From contig CAZYQN010000014.1 of NCBI GenBank assembly GCA_964649955.1, forward strand, positions 14,707 through 38,706: DNA of 24,000 nt, read 5' to 3'. The notes under the pieces were generated by a model, which saw only the letters and a list, made by a program, of their open reading frames with translations, was not told where the DNA came from and searched no databases. This document shows, piece by piece, positions 16,368 to 24,000 of the stretch (the first letter of the stretch is position 1; the number at the start of each line of letters is the position of its first letter). This stretch comes from an uncultured Pirellulales bacterium (GTDB taxonomy: Bacteria; Planctomycetota; Phycisphaerae; Sedimentisphaerales; Anaerohalosphaeraceae). A program made the position numbers and the translations under genes.

Positions 16368-17666
16368 CTATTTTTCTGACGTCGTTGTTTCCATCTGCTT
16401 TTGAGTGTTCTCTTCTTTGGCCGGGAGTATGCCGCCGAGAAGGGCTTCCAACTGTGCCGTGTTGACCAGATGGTCGGCCAATGCCCGTTCATAGGCTAAT
16501 TCAAACGTCAATACCTTGCGCTGGGCGTCAATCAGATTCAGGAAGTCAATCGAGCCGGTCCGATAGGCCTGTTCGGACACATCGAGCATTTCTTTGGCTT
16601 TGGGAATAAGCACGGACTGATAAAGGGTTGCTTTGCGGCGGCTGTCTTCGACGCCAAACATCAATTCGGCGGCCTCTGAGGCCAGATTATTTTCCATTTG
16701 TGTTTTTGATTGAGCGGCCTTGAGTTCCATTGAGCGTGCCTGCTGAACGCCGGCGTTGTAGCTTTCCGTCCAGAGGGGCAGGTTGATGGATATCGTGGCT
16801 AAGTAAGCATCCGGCATACGATTTGGGGTGTCCATCTGCATTCGCTCCAGTCCGAGCGTGATGTCCGGCCAATAGCGTTTTTGTGCGAGTTCGGCTTGCG
16901 ATCGCGCGGCGCTGATTTCAAATGCCAGCGCCGAAAGTTCAGGGTTTTTTTCCTGCAGCCGGGCAATGATACGAGCCTCATCAATCCGCTCCGGGGGCAT
17001 CGTGGCCTGCGACGGCCAGGGCAGGTCCAACTCTGCAGAACGATTCAGTTGGGCATTGACTTTTGCCACCATTGGTTTTTTGGTGCGTTGAAGCGTTACC
17101 AGCTCATCTTCAAACAATGCCAGTTCGATCTGGGCGCGGATAATGTCCGGATGTGTGCCCATGCCGGTGCGATATCGGGCCTGGGCTACTTCCTCAAAGT
17201 GTTTGAGCAAATCAAGATTGGCTCGGGCAATCGCAACCGCTCGTCCCAGATAGGCAAACTCAAAATACGCCGATTTTGTTTTTGCCAAGACCTCCAGCCG
17301 GGCCGACTCAAAGCGTTTGCCGGCGGCTCGTGCTGTCGCGGCGGCGGCATCGGTACGGGCCTGGAGCTTGCCGAACCAGGGAAACGTCTGCATTATCCCG
17401 AATCGATGCTCTTCCTGTGTTTCCATCTTCTCAAGAAAATAGCCGTAGGTAAATTGCGGGTCGTCCAACGCATGGGCTTGCGGCACCTGCGCTAATGCAG
17501 CCTTGTACTCTGAAAAACGGCTCTTGAGACCGGCATTGCCGGCCATAGCAGAGCGGAGATACTTCGGAAGTGTATCGGGAGCATTGGGGTCGGCAGAGTC
17601 GTCGGCAACGATGGGCAATGAGACACAAAAGGCAATCAAGACCAGTGCTAAGATTTGCTTTTTCAT
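16368..17666 (-). CDS. TolC/CzcC-family outer-membrane efflux factor
   Basis: The start ATG at 17666 gives MKKQILALVLIAFCVSLPIVADD, a signal peptide. The two-repeat alpha/beta OEP pattern includes MQTFPWFGKLQAR and ISINLPLWTESYNAG. It lies directly upstream of the adaptor and pump genes. The ORF-track N-terminal extension to 17756 is rejected. Confidence 0.8.
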   Translation of the reverse strand: MKKQILALVLIAFCVSLPIVADDSADPNAPDTLPKYLRSAMAGNAGLKSRFSEYKAALAQVPQAHALDDPQFTYGYFLEKMETQEEHRFGIMQTFPWFGKLQARTDAAAATARAAGKRFESARLEVLAKTKSAYFEFAYLGRAVAIARANLDLLKHFEEVAQARYRTGMGTHPDIIRAQIELALFEDELVTLQRTKKPMVAKVNAQLNRSAELDLPWPSQATMPPERIDEARIIARLQEKNPELSALAFEISAARSQAELAQKRYWPDITLGLERMQMDTPNRMPDAYLATISINLPLWTESYNAGVQQARSMELKAAQSKTQMENNLASEAAELMFGVEDSRRKATLYQSVLIPKAKEMLDVSEQAYRTGSIDFLNLIDAQRKVLTFELAYERALADHLVNTAQLEALLGGILPAKEENTQKQMETTTSEK

Positions 17667-17768
17667 ACGGTTCCCCGTGATAAAGGTCATTAGCTCAGTG
17701 GGTATTCCCACCGGATTACAATGAATAAACCTTAACAGAACCGGTCGCTTTGTCAAACAGAAAAAATC

Positions 17769-19049
17769 TTAAAAGCTATATCGGACAGCGGCATAAATAT
17801 TGGTATTATTTTCAAACTGCGCAAAGAATGTATGCGGCTGGTCGCCAAAGAAAATATTGGCCCCTGTCTCCAATGACAGGTTGTCAGTGGCTTTGTAGTG
17901 GAGGTTGGGCCTGAGGTAAGCATCGTTATCCGACGGCGAATAGTAGGTAAACAGGGAGAGTTGCAGGTTCTGGTTCATCAGCAGTTTTGTCAGGCGGAAC
18001 GTGGTAACGTGCCGATCCCGATCACGCGAAGGAACCATTGACGGCAGGCTGTCTTTATAGGCACCGTAATCCAGCATCTGCTCGATATAATATTGAACGC
18101 CGGCGGTCAGTTCAGGGGCAACTTCCTGCGTATAACCTACCAGATAACGCATCTCGGAATTGTTGACCAGCGGGTCTTTGCCGCTTTCGTCATCAGCAGA
18201 CTGGTAATACCCTATTTCGGCATTGGCGATGCCGGAGCCAAGCTGGCCGCGAACACTGGCGCCATAAACGTTCAAATCAGGAAATGCAGCCTGCCCCGAC
18301 GCGGTTTGTCCGGCAGGACTTTTCCAAAATCCGTGATAGCCGTATAAAGCCAGCTCATAATTGCTGATGTTTTTGTACACACGCAGGGCAACCTCGTCAT
18401 CCTGAAAACAGCGGTCAGGCCGTTCGGTACTGACATAGGCGTCGCGACCGGCATGACGGCCCAGATTGCTGTTCCAGTAGGAGAGATACTCGCCTGTGAT
18501 GTATCGGTCGGGATCAAACTGCGGCGTATAGACAACATCGAAATTGGCAAGTTCGGTAAAGAAGCTGACTTTGGCGGCATCTGAGGGAGCCTTGAGATAA
18601 TCGGTGTCGCGTCCGATGAAAAAGGCCTGCCAGTCTTTGGGGAACAGGTCGTTGATAAACAGAAGATCACCCGTACCCCAAGTCAGAATCTGGCGACCGA
18701 TTTTGATATCCATTGCGTCTGTCGGGCGGGCGAATATCCAGGCCTCGCGAAGGTCAAAATCACCCTGCTCGGTCACCCAATCACCAAACAGATCGCCTTT
18801 GACCTTAAAATCCGCCCAGTCGGTGAAGGTGGACAGCTCAAGCTGAAGCCGCGTTTCCATGATCGACATATCTTTTTCATAGGGATCGTTGCGGGTGCGA
18901 TAGCCGCTTCGCAGCTCATAGAAGCCGTGAATCTCCGGCGGCGAAAACTCGTCAAGAAAGGACGTATCCGCCTCGTCGGCCAACGCCCCTCCTGTCAAAA
19001 GGATGACCGTACATACTCTAATCGCTGCGCTCCGTCTAATTCTGTTCAT
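17769..19049 (-). CDS. outer-membrane beta-barrel protein, DUF1302 / alginate-export-like
   Basis: Signal peptide ends (..TGGALA/DE). The sequence is rich in alternating aromatic beta-strand patterns and has the motif DFDLREAWIFARPTDAMDIKIGRQILTWGTGDLLF. The C-terminal ...IYAAVRYSF with terminal Phe is a typical OMP signature. The start overlaps the upstream stop by ATGA. Confidence 0.7.
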   Translation of the reverse strand: MNRIRRSAAIRVCTVILLTGGALADEADTSFLDEFSPPEIHGFYELRSGYRTRNDPYEKDMSIMETRLQLELSTFTDWADFKVKGDLFGDWVTEQGDFDLREAWIFARPTDAMDIKIGRQILTWGTGDLLFINDLFPKDWQAFFIGRDTDYLKAPSDAAKVSFFTELANFDVVYTPQFDPDRYITGEYLSYWNSNLGRHAGRDAYVSTERPDRCFQDDEVALRVYKNISNYELALYGYHGFWKSPAGQTASGQAAFPDLNVYGASVRGQLGSGIANAEIGYYQSADDESGKDPLVNNSEMRYLVGYTQEVAPELTAGVQYYIEQMLDYGAYKDSLPSMVPSRDRDRHVTTFRLTKLLMNQNLQLSLFTYYSPSDNDAYLRPNLHYKATDNLSLETGANIFFGDQPHTFFAQFENNTNIYAAVRYSF

Positions 19050-19879
19050 CGCATAGCCTCCCGCGGCGGACGTTTGAGAAACCGTTCGGTAAAGATGTCG
19101 TCACTCAGGTCGATGTTGTATTGCACTTCGCTGAAGACCATCTCGGTGGTGCTGCCGCTCTTAAGGTCTTTGACGACAGAGCGGGTAACGGTGGGATATT
19201 CGACTTCTTTGCCGTCTTCGGTCGCCTTGACCATTTCGAGCTTTTGGGATTCAATGACACGGAAAGACTTGTCGTCCTTTTCGAAGTATTCCATCTTCAT
19301 CGGCATATAGGTTTTCTTGTCGATATAGACCAGATAATAGGAAAACTCCACGGTTTCAGGCTTTTTCGGAACGTTCTTAATCACGTACCGGTCTTCGGTG
19401 ACACGAAGCAGTTCGTGCGTGTCTTCGAGCAGACTGCGGCCGGAGACATCCTCATACAGAAAATCGGACCCGACAAAGCTGGTGCGCTTGTCGCCGGCGG
19501 CGATACGCCGAACGAGGTCGAGGTTGGGCAGGTACAGCCAGCGGTCGTCGTCTTTTTCCACATCGGCGTGTTTATGGACCATAAAAACCATCCGCCGGAC
19601 GTCAGCCGGAGCCTGGAAATAGACGAAGTATTTCTGATCTTCAGTGTCGGGAGTGTTCTGGCGCAGAATATTGAACTCACGGTTGCGCGTACGGTTTTGC
19701 TTATCCGTAATCGTCATCTGCACCTTGCTTTTGCCGTCTTTGCCTTGATAATAAGCCACCCGATTGGCTTTAGCGACAATTTCATCAACTGTCGGCGTTG
19801 GTACCGCCGGTTCCTGTGCGATTGCAAGCGAGCCGGACAGTGCCCACCCTATCAATAATCCGCTTATCCATTTATTCAT
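19046..19879 (-). CDS. secreted LolA-like protein (outer membrane lipoprotein-sorting protein family)
   Basis: The ATG at 19879 lies 6 nt after GTGAGG. The signal peptide is MNKWISGLLIGWALSGSLAIA/QEP with no lipobox Cys. The family-typical stretch is DDDRWLYLPNLDLVRRIAAGDKRTSFVGSDFLYEDVSGR. Confidence 0.8.
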   Translation of the reverse strand: MNKWISGLLIGWALSGSLAIAQEPAVPTPTVDEIVAKANRVAYYQGKDGKSKVQMTITDKQNRTRNREFNILRQNTPDTEDQKYFVYFQAPADVRRMVFMVHKHADVEKDDDRWLYLPNLDLVRRIAAGDKRTSFVGSDFLYEDVSGRSLLEDTHELLRVTEDRYVIKNVPKKPETVEFSYYLVYIDKKTYMPMKMEYFEKDDKSFRVIESQKLEMVKATEDGKEVEYPTVTRSVVKDLKSGSTTEMVFSEVQYNIDLSDDIFTERFLKRPPREAMR

Positions 19880-19880
19880 T

Positions 19881-22727
19881 TTATACCTCACTTTCGTTTT
19901 GAACGTTTTTTGTTTTACATGCTTGCCGCCGCGACAGAAGGCCGCAGATCAGCATTAGAATCGGTACTGCAATACCACTGAAGATCGTCAGTTTGGTAAT
20001 ACCCAATTGCCAGTATTGATGCAAGTTCAGGGCAATCAGTACGACCACTGAAATCGAGATGACCAGACAGAAGCCGCAGTTGCACATTACCGATTCCGAC
20101 TGAGCCTTCTTTTTGAACAACACTTTCTGGGCGACCGTCATCACCGCCGGCAAAGCCAGCAGTGTTACAATGCCGGAAACTGCCATGATCGCACACAGAA
20201 AGATGCCGACGGTTTTATAGGGCACCAGCGGCGCTGCCAGCAACGGCAAGAAACCGATGGCAATGACCAGCACATTCCGGCTGATAGCACGAGCCGGCTC
20301 CCCGAACATCTCGGGGACACTTTTTTGCCAGGAACCCAGCGCTTTGTAGGTCGCCCGACTGCGTTCCAGGAAATGTATCGCAAAATCCACCGCCATGCCA
20401 AGAGTCAGCGCGCTAAGTACTGCAACAGGCATATCGTAATCTTTGCCGATCAGGCCGATAACGCCGTAGATCGCGGCGATGGTGATCGTCAGCGGCAGCA
20501 TACATAGCAGCCCCCACAGCGGCGAACGAAACAGAATCGCCATCATAATAAAGACCACCAGAAAACTGCCTATGAAGGACTGAAGCATTCCCCAGACCAT
20601 TTTTTCCTGCCAAACGGTATTGATATAGGTCAGCCCGGCCCACTGATGCTTCAAGGAAACCGGCGGAGTGTGTGCGGCCATGTAAGCATCGACTGCTTTG
20701 ACAAGCTGTTCCATATCCTTGTTGTCGCCGCTGGTAAGCTGCATCCAGATTACAGCGTTTTGGAAATCCGGCGTGGTCATGTGCCACAAATCGCCGGGCC
20801 GATAGCTCTGCTGGTACTGCATATAACATTCGGCTACACCTTGAAGATCATCGGGGATGCGATAGCTTTCGGGTTGGCCGTCGATGAGTTCCTGATTGAC
20901 CTTGCGTATGATATCGGCAATTGAGCTGCTCTTTCCGATCTGGCCCGTTTGTTGAAGATGGTTTTGAAGATCGGCCATATATCGCAGGACATCGGGGCGC
21001 TTAAAAACATTGAGCCGTTCTTTTTCCACGCCGAAAAAGGCCCGCAGTTCATCCCATGCATCATAGTCCTCGTCGGAGGCGGTTTTGGCCTGCTTGTCGA
21101 TCCATGCAATGGTCTCTTCCAGAAATGCCTTCTGTGAGAGGGTTTGGCCGGAACGGAGGGTCCATTGCAGGGTCAGCTTTTCGGCAAAGGCCGGAGCAGA
21201 GGGATAGTCTTCTTTGAGATGGGTGACTTTTTCGAACAGACCTTCCGAAAGGGTCTTTAAATACGCCTCATCGGCAAACCCCTCACTTTTTCCATCCAGC
21301 ACCAGATAGGCCATATAGGTGCCGCCGAAATGTTTATTGAGCGCAATGTCGGCGATGCGGATGGGGTGTTGTGTAGAAAACCACTTGACAGGGTTGTCGT
21401 TGATTTGGATACGGGTGATGCCGTAAATCGAAAACCCGACCAGCAGCACCAGCACAATCAAAATCGACTTGGCCCATCGAACGGTCAAAACGCCGGTGTT
21501 TCGCAGGAGTCGCGTCATAGTGGTTTCTTTGACATCGTGCTGAACCGCCAGACCAAAGTTCTGGAGCAAGCGGTCGGGGATGAACATCACATAGGCAGGC
21601 ACAAACGTCACCGTAAACAGCCAGGCGATCATAATGCCGACCGCGACAAACACGCCGAAGACCTGCACCGGAGGTATCGGCGTAAGGGCCAGAGATAAAA
21701 AGCCCGCCGCCGAGGTCAACGAGGTATAGAGCATCGGTACAAACAGCATATGCATTACTTCTTCGATTGTTTTGCGGCGACCCTTTTCTTTGGTATAGAG
21801 ATCGAAAAACTCCGACAAAATATGCACCGAATCGACCACGGCAATCGGCATCAGAAAGATCGGGATCATTGAACTCATGATATGAACCGGATAGCCCAGC
21901 CCGATCAAAAGTCCCATTGTCGAAATGACCGAAACCATCGCAATAATCATCGGCGAGATCACCAGTACCAGCTTGCGGAAAAAAATGAGCATCAGTACAA
22001 AGATCGTCAGCATGGCCAGCGGCGCCGAAATCGCCATCTGGATAAACATCTCCACGCCGAAGGTATCCTCAGCCACCGGCAGACCGGTGATGTGATACTG
22101 CTCATCACCGCTCAGCTCCGCGATTTTTTTGTTCAGTTCGGTATAGACCCGATAGCTGAGGTGCTTATCCGTCAGCGGCAGAAACAGCATAATCGCCTTG
22201 CCGTCTTCGGAAACCATCGTCCCTTTGAGCAACGGGTTGCTCAATGCCTTGTCCCGTACTTCAAGAGCCTCCTGCTGAGTCGCCGGCGGACGCGGCATCA
22301 GCCATTCGAATGTAATAACGCCCGGCCCTTCCTGAGCAATATAATCGACCAGAGAGGGAGCAATCATATCCACTTCGATGACGCCGACGGTCTTCTCGGG
22401 ATTGTCCTTGTCGGGCCAGCGCAGTGTTTTGGCAAATTCGGTCAGTTCATAGATACGTTCCAGAGTACGGGGATTAAACACACCGACAGGATGTTTCTCA
22501 TTGACAATGCCGAGAACAACAATATCGCTGAGTTCAAATTGCCGTTTGGTTTGGTCATGAAATACACGAACCGGCTCTTCAGGACTAAGCATGTTTTCCG
22601 GATCGGTATCGACCCGGATCATCGGGATAAATGCACCGCAAAGAACCGTAAAAAGAACCATTATCACAGTCATGCGTTTGTGATGATTGACAGACCAGCC
22701 GGTCAGGATATCATTCAAAGCTCTCAT
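19881..22727 (-). CDS. MMPL-type RND-superfamily exporter (HpnN/MmpL-like) with C-terminal Cys-rich 2-TM extension
   Basis: About 948 aa. The ATG at 22727 is preceded by GAGGAG; TTG 22757 is an alternative. The two halves are pseudo-symmetric, each with a large periplasmic loop plus a TM bundle. Conserved Asp residues sit in IAVVDSVHIL (TM4-like) and GMAVDFAIHF (TM10-like). The extra tail carries MCNCGFC and two more hydrophobic helices. Confidence 0.85.
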   Translation of the reverse strand: MRALNDILTGWSVNHHKRMTVIMVLFTVLCGAFIPMIRVDTDPENMLSPEEPVRVFHDQTKRQFELSDIVVLGIVNEKHPVGVFNPRTLERIYELTEFAKTLRWPDKDNPEKTVGVIEVDMIAPSLVDYIAQEGPGVITFEWLMPRPPATQQEALEVRDKALSNPLLKGTMVSEDGKAIMLFLPLTDKHLSYRVYTELNKKIAELSGDEQYHITGLPVAEDTFGVEMFIQMAISAPLAMLTIFVLMLIFFRKLVLVISPMIIAMVSVISTMGLLIGLGYPVHIMSSMIPIFLMPIAVVDSVHILSEFFDLYTKEKGRRKTIEEVMHMLFVPMLYTSLTSAAGFLSLALTPIPPVQVFGVFVAVGIMIAWLFTVTFVPAYVMFIPDRLLQNFGLAVQHDVKETTMTRLLRNTGVLTVRWAKSILIVLVLLVGFSIYGITRIQINDNPVKWFSTQHPIRIADIALNKHFGGTYMAYLVLDGKSEGFADEAYLKTLSEGLFEKVTHLKEDYPSAPAFAEKLTLQWTLRSGQTLSQKAFLEETIAWIDKQAKTASDEDYDAWDELRAFFGVEKERLNVFKRPDVLRYMADLQNHLQQTGQIGKSSSIADIIRKVNQELIDGQPESYRIPDDLQGVAECYMQYQQSYRPGDLWHMTTPDFQNAVIWMQLTSGDNKDMEQLVKAVDAYMAAHTPPVSLKHQWAGLTYINTVWQEKMVWGMLQSFIGSFLVVFIMMAILFRSPLWGLLCMLPLTITIAAIYGVIGLIGKDYDMPVAVLSALTLGMAVDFAIHFLERSRATYKALGSWQKSVPEMFGEPARAISRNVLVIAIGFLPLLAAPLVPYKTVGIFLCAIMAVSGIVTLLALPAVMTVAQKVLFKKKAQSESVMCNCGFCLVISISVVVLIALNLHQYWQLGITKLTIFSGIAVPILMLICGLLSRRQACKTKNVQNESEV

Positions 22728-22768
22728 AGTATCAGGCTCCTCAAATAAGTCCGCCAAAACATTGATTT

Positions 22769-22797
22769 ATTAAAGTCATATTGGAGTAGATAATCAA
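22769..22797 (-). promoter_or_regulatory. possible internal promoter between arsR and the MMPL gene
   Basis: The minus strand reads TTGATT (22797->22792), a 17-nt spacer, then TTTAAT (22774->22769). This is a weak match by eye only. Confidence 0.25.
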
Positions 22798-22804
22798 CCG
22801 AATA

Positions 22805-23104
22805 TTATTGAATCTGTATAGAGTTGCGGTCACAGTGGTCATTGATACAGTGCAGTAATTTAACAACATTTGTATTTCGGATGCTGTAAAAGGCTTTCGT
22901 TCCTTCCCGGCAGCACTCCAAAACCCCCTTATCTTTCATTAGACCCAATTGCTGGCTAATAACAGACTGTGGATGTCCTGTTTTTTCAATAATTTCTCCC
23001 ACAGAATGCCGCCCCGTCTCAAGAACTTCAATAATTTGGAGTCGAACCGGATGTGCAATCGCCTTGAGTACCTCAGCAACATGTTTGGCAATTAAATTAT
23101 CCAT
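22805..23104 (-). CDS. ArsR/SmtB-family metalloregulatory transcriptional repressor
   Basis: 99 aa with the winged-HTH pattern AHPVRLQIIEVLETGRHSVGEIIEKTGHPQSVISQQLGLMKDKGVL..REGTKAFYS. There is no ELCVCDL-type alpha3 site. Cys/His residues are clustered at C64-C65 and H85-C86...H90-C91. Confidence 0.9.
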   Translation of the reverse strand: MDNLIAKHVAEVLKAIAHPVRLQIIEVLETGRHSVGEIIEKTGHPQSVISQQLGLMKDKGVLECCREGTKAFYSIRNTNVVKLLHCINDHCDRNSIQIQ

Positions 23105-23119
23105 CTTTTTTGCCTTTAT

Positions 23120-23155
23120 ATTATAACATTTTAATATTCTAATATATTAATATTC
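23120..23155 (-). promoter_or_regulatory. candidate arsR promoter (extended -10) with overlapping AT-rich repeat operator
   Basis: The minus strand reads TGTTATAAT (23128->23120), about 15 nt upstream of the arsR ATG. Immediately upstream, TTAATATTC occurs twice on the + strand (23131-23139 and 23147-23155, period 16). Each copy contains the self-complementary AATATT, as in the GAATA/TATTC-rich operators of ArsR/SmtB repressors. Confidence 0.35.
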
Positions 23156-23160
23156 GATTC

Positions 23161-23191
23161 AAATTTCAGGTTGTTCGGGATTCTGAAATTT
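23161..23191. repeat. inverted repeat AAATTTCAG-N13-CTGAAATTT in divergent intergenic region
   Basis: The perfect 9-bp arms were read directly from the sequence. A third GAAATTT copy lies at 23197-23203, 12 bp after the one at 23185-23191. Confidence 0.5.
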
Positions 23192-23343
23192 TTTTAGAAA
23201 TTTATAGTAACATTTTTGGACTCTTACCGTTTTTTTAAGAAGGAATCATCTGGTTTTTTTAAACATTTAAGATAGGATTAAACGCACTCACTGCATAGTT
23301 AACGCAGGGTGCCAAAGAACCGCTCAATTAGGAAGGTTTTGAT

Positions 23344-24000
23344 GTGAAAAAGCTAATCTGGGGTGTAATTTTCGTGATAGTGATCGTGTCAGGCCTTTAT
23401 GGATACGGATATTACAAAAAGAAAAATTCGCCGGACGCCGCCGCAACGATCGTTCGGCTGGAAACTGTGGGACGGGGAGAATTTGTAGAAATTGTCAGCG
23501 CCCCGGGACAGATCGAACCTAAAACAGAGGTCGAGATCAGCGCCAAAATCGCCGGGCGTATTCTGGAACTGCCCGAAGAGGGATCCCGCGTAACAAAAGG
23601 AAATCAAACCGCAACCGTTCCCATTGAACCGTCAATTCTCGTCAAACTCGATGCCGCCGATATGGAAAGCCAGCTTCGCAGTGCTGAAGCCAGCCGGGAT
23701 GCCCAACAAGCCCAGATGGTCGTGGAAAAAGCTCGCATCGCAGCACAAAAGGCCTCGCTGGAAGGACAGGCAGCCACTGTAAATCGAACCCGCCTGGAAT
23801 ATGAACGTCAAAAGAAATTACGCGAAAGTAAAGACATCAGCCAATCGTCATTTGAGCAAACTGAGTTTTCCTATCAGGAACTCAAGGCACAATATGAGGC
23901 GGCCGCTCACAATATTGAGGCCGCTGAATTGAATTTAATCGTTATGGAGCATAATCTCCAGGCGGCTCAGGCCCGAGTGGATCAGGCCCGGGAGACCCTC
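23344..24000 (+). CDS. HlyD/MacA-family efflux periplasmic adaptor, 5' partial (runs off window)
   Basis: The GTG at 23344 lies 7 nt after GGAAGG. My translation is MKKLIWGVIFVIVIVSGLYGYGYYKKKNSPDAAATIVRLETVGRGEFVEIVSAPGQIEPKTEVEISAKIAGRILELPEEGSRV..., followed by a long alpha-hairpin (ESQLRSAEASRDAQQAQMVVEKARIAAQKASLEGQ...). The frame stays open to 24000. It is absent from the ORF track because no stop is reached. Confidence 0.8.
   Translation, partial: MKKLIWGVIFVIVIVSGLYGYGYYKKKNSPDAAATIVRLETVGRGEFVEIVSAPGQIEPKTEVEISAKIAGRILELPEEGSRVTKGNQTATVPIEPSILVKLDAADMESQLRSAEASRDAQQAQMVVEKARIAAQKASLEGQAATVNRTRLEYERQKKLRESKDISQSSFEQTEFSYQELKAQYEAAAHNIEAAELNLIVMEHNLQAAQARVDQARETL

Noticed and set aside
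17667-17756. 30-aa N-terminal extension of the TolC-like ORF
   Set aside because: The extension is not signal-peptide-like, whereas the internal Met at 17666 begins a canonical signal peptide (MKKQILALVLIAF...).
21882-22748. 288-aa plus-strand ORF inside the MMPL gene (also 21330..21698 and 19121..19858 inside the LolA-like gene)
   Set aside because: The His/Arg/Gln/Asn-rich composition is the mirror of hydrophobic TM codons on the true coding strand. These are shadow ORFs.
22805-23104. Interpreting the ArsR-family gene as part of an arsenic-resistance (ars) operon
   Set aside because: No arsB, acr3, arsC or arsA is nearby, and the ELCVCDL As(III) site is absent. The family name alone does not imply arsenic.
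10659-23104. Calling the efflux array a horizontally acquired genomic island
   Set aside because: No integrase, transposase, flanking tRNA or direct repeats are present, and no compositional break is obvious by eye. It would need GC or k-mer analysis and comparative genomics.
1-24000. Search for CRISPR arrays, tRNA/rRNA genes, IS elements and defence-system genes
   Set aside because: The only non-coding stretches longer than 200 bp (896-1169, 10390-10658, 23105-23343) contain no regularly spaced repeats or cloverleaf-like or rRNA-like sequence. No nuclease, helicase or transposase-like ORFs were seen.

Overview
A densely coding 24 kb chromosomal window from a diderm bacterium, roughly mid-50s % GC by eye. 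The gene content is loosely reminiscent of the PVC group, but the taxon cannot be called from this sequence. There are four blocks. (1) + strand, 35-5870: a membrane-anchored coiled-coil protein, a possible small TM ORF, then the elongasome operon mreB-mreC-mreD-mrdA (PBP2) with no rodA. (2) - strand, 5812-10389: an abbreviated, decorated dcw cluster, mraZ / 73-aa orphan / rsmH / LysM protein / ftsL-like / ftsI. It stops at ftsI, and its 3' end overlaps the mrdA 3' end by 59 bp. (3) - strand, 10659-23104: a 12.4 kb co-directional envelope-export array headed by an ArsR/SmtB regulator. It contains an MMPL-type RND transporter, a soluble LolA-like protein and an OM beta-barrel (a poorly understood triad). 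These are followed by a TolC/CzcC-like OMF, a CusB-like adaptor carrying three Cys-rich metal modules, a free YHS/TRASH lipoprotein, and a CusA-type Cu(I)/Ag(I) pump with insertions. (4) + strand, 23344-24000: the 5' part of another HlyD-family adaptor, divergent from arsR across an AT-rich repeat-laden control region. I found no rRNA, tRNA, CRISPR, transposase or integrase. The most interesting candidates are the ArsR-linked MMPL/LolA-like/barrel pathway, the Cys/YHS-based periplasmic metal relay that takes the place of CusF, and a 12-bp perfect inverted repeat enclosing the cusB-like translation start. All functional calls rest on motif recognition by eye in the supplied translations. No database search was run.
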